Source: Botryllus schlosseri
Lineage: Eukaryota
Length of the DNA stretch: 64,000 bases
Direction of reading: 5' to 3'
Assembly (NCBI GenBank): GCA_051294905.1
Contig: CM119372.1
Location: 38,814,001-38,878,000 of the forward strand
Shown: positions 62,090 to 64,000 of the stretch, one piece after another
Numbering within the stretch: the first letter of the stretch is position 1
Layout: every line of letters starts with the position of its first letter
The notes under the pieces: model-generated
Seen by the model: the letters and a program-made list of their open reading frames with translations, nothing else
Databases searched by the model: none
Told to the model about the DNA's origin: nothing
Translations under genes and position numbers: made by a program

Positions 62090-63626
62090 CAGTGGTTCTT
62101 AACCTTGCCCCCAGCGCCCCCCAGGGGGCGCTGGCGATCTTGAAGGGGGGCGGAAACGCTCAGGGGGCGATATGGGGGGCGCTGGGCTCAGGGGGGCGAT
62201 ATAGGGGGCGCTGGAGAAAAATGGCTTCGCAGTAGATGATGTGGTGATAGGACATACTTAATGAGTATTCAGAGCAAATTAACACCGAAAACTTCGTTAC
62301 ATATAACCTTTAAAATACATATAGGTTTAATTGTCCATGGGCGCCTAAATGACTGACACCGAATGTTCCTGTCTTGGCAATCTGAACCCCAGAAGACGAA
62401 TTCCATCTGGCAGGGAAAAATTATATGTCAGTGAAGAAATACCAATCTGAAATCGTGTGCGTCTTTTAGTTTAGTACGATTGGGCGACAGGGATATTGCT
62501 GTTGGGCGATATCCCCGTTGAGCGATTCTATATTTTTTGATATTGCAGACAGGGGGTCACGAAATAACATCATGCAACGAAGTCATACCAACGGGTTCGC
62601 CCGCCCGAATATGTTTAATTATTAGTAACGGGCCCTACAGTTTCCAAGAAACCTCACAATGTTCGCTTTAAGTTTTGATGAGTCTGCGCACACTCAACAA
62701 CTCACTGCGCTGACCCTTGGACAACAGTGCGTAACGACTAAAAAAAGGTAATAACTCCGGATTTGTTGTGCGCAACGTAGAATTTCTGTGTGCAGAGACC
62801 GTGTCAGCACTGCGCGCGTGCGCAGCTTAGAGGGAACATTGCACCTCACTCAGCTCTACCGGTAAATGGGTTTACGTGAGCAGAGAGAGGATAAAAATTG
62901 ATCTCAATTTACATGCAATTCCCGATGATATTGACCAATTCAATCATTAATTAGTGAAATTTTTCGCACTTCGCGCGAATAGGCGAGAATAGCTGCCTCA
63001 GTAAATGGACACCCAATGTAAATACCTAATAGGCTGTCAGCAAATAGCGGACAGCCTACTGGGGGTCTGGGAGTGAAGTCCCCCGGAAGTTTGGTTTATC
63101 ACCCGATGGGGGCCCAGGACCAACGTTTTTTGTTTGGGGGGGGCTGACGAAGTGCTGTTACGGCCCTGGTAACGAATAATTGTACCTGCGGGCACGCCCG
63201 AATATGTTTAATTATTAATTACGTGCCCTTTATTTTCCTATACAACAGCTCACTCAGTGCTACTGGTAAATCCGATTACGTGGGCTGAGAGGATAAAAAG
63301 TTTATAGCGACTTATATATGTAATTACCACCTATTCACTCATGCATTATGGAAAATTTTGGCACCTAGGGCGACCAGGCCACACAAACTTTGCTGAGCAT
63401 CAAAATCACGATATGGGGTTCGTGGGGGCGAAGCCCTCAGAAGATCGGTTTATCACGCTATGGGTGCGCAAGGCAATCGTTTTTAGGGGGGATAACGAAG
63501 TGCTGTTACGGCCCTCCCTCTTACTCATTGTCTTTATTACATTCCTTACAATATGAAGTTGGGGGGCGCTGGAGCACGATAATTTTCGAAAGGGGGCGCT
63601 GGAAGAAAAAAGGTTAAGAACCACTG
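62090..63626. mobile_element. hAT MITE with internal duplication and nested MITE (62657-62841)
   Basis: TIR CAGTGGTTCTTAACC, perfect TSD CTCTAGAA. Confidence 0.88.
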
Positions 63627-64000
63627 CTCTAGAACATGTCGTATGTTTTGGTGAACTGCTGGAACCATCAAAGACCACAATGACATTATGAAAGCAAACT
63701 TCAATGAGTCAATGTGAATGTTTTACTCGTAAACCTTAGGACATTTTCTTTGCGATGACAGGGCTTTTACCCAAGGTTGTAACCAACTCATAAGGCCCCA
63801 ACCATAATTCCATCTCAATTTTATAGTTTTGACTCGAGTCAAGTCGATTTATTTTCAATTCACCACCGAGTCAAGTCCGAGACCAAGTCAGCGAGCAGAG
63901 GGTTGAGTCCGAGTCATGGTATTATTGCTCGAGTCCGACTCCAAGTCATTGTGTTGATACTGCTCAGTTTCCAGTTTAAGCCATGTTAAATCCGCTTTTT

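Larger units (their letters stand above)
61205..63760 (-). mobile_element. Internally deleted Academ-like (XPG + Cys-rich finger) transposon relic
   Basis: - strand remnants VIVVFDG.SSSPK, IKPETLPPT..YLQ...PNPSDYGW...PDELLQF...SCHKDCNNR.YSCKKNG; TAG terminus at the point where the hAT ORF breaks. The superfamily assignment comes from recalled motifs. Confidence 0.5.

Overview
Eukaryotic, intron- and repeat-rich animal genomic DNA. A tunicate/ascidian source is plausible from the gene content, but that is inference. Two host genes were reconstructed by hand from GT-AG splice sites with consistent reading phase. (1) A 16-exon + strand gene (642..36780, 3105 nt CDS, 1034 aa) encodes a secreted GH9 endoglucanase with an unusual layout: signal peptide, Sushi/CCP, CBM2-like, linker, CBM2-like, linker, GH9, Thr-rich linker, highly basic Cys-containing tail. 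(2) A 2-exon - strand gene (53478..44887, 444 aa) encodes a type II membrane GT31 beta-1,3-glycosyltransferase (B3GNT/B3GALT-like). The two genes lie tail-to-tail. Introns and intergenic DNA are dense with nested transposons: a full-length but frameshifted Ty3/Gypsy (Mag-like) element inside a non-autonomous hAT element inside GH9 intron 10; a fold-back element carrying opposed telomere-like arrays; a long-TIR ISL2EU-like relic; a hobo/Hermes-type hAT transposase relic interrupted by an Academ-like relic; Penelope, CR1/L2-like LINE and tRNA-SINE fragments; and many hAT MITEs with 8-bp TSDs. Most short ORFs in the supplied track are spurious or are fragments of these exons and elements.
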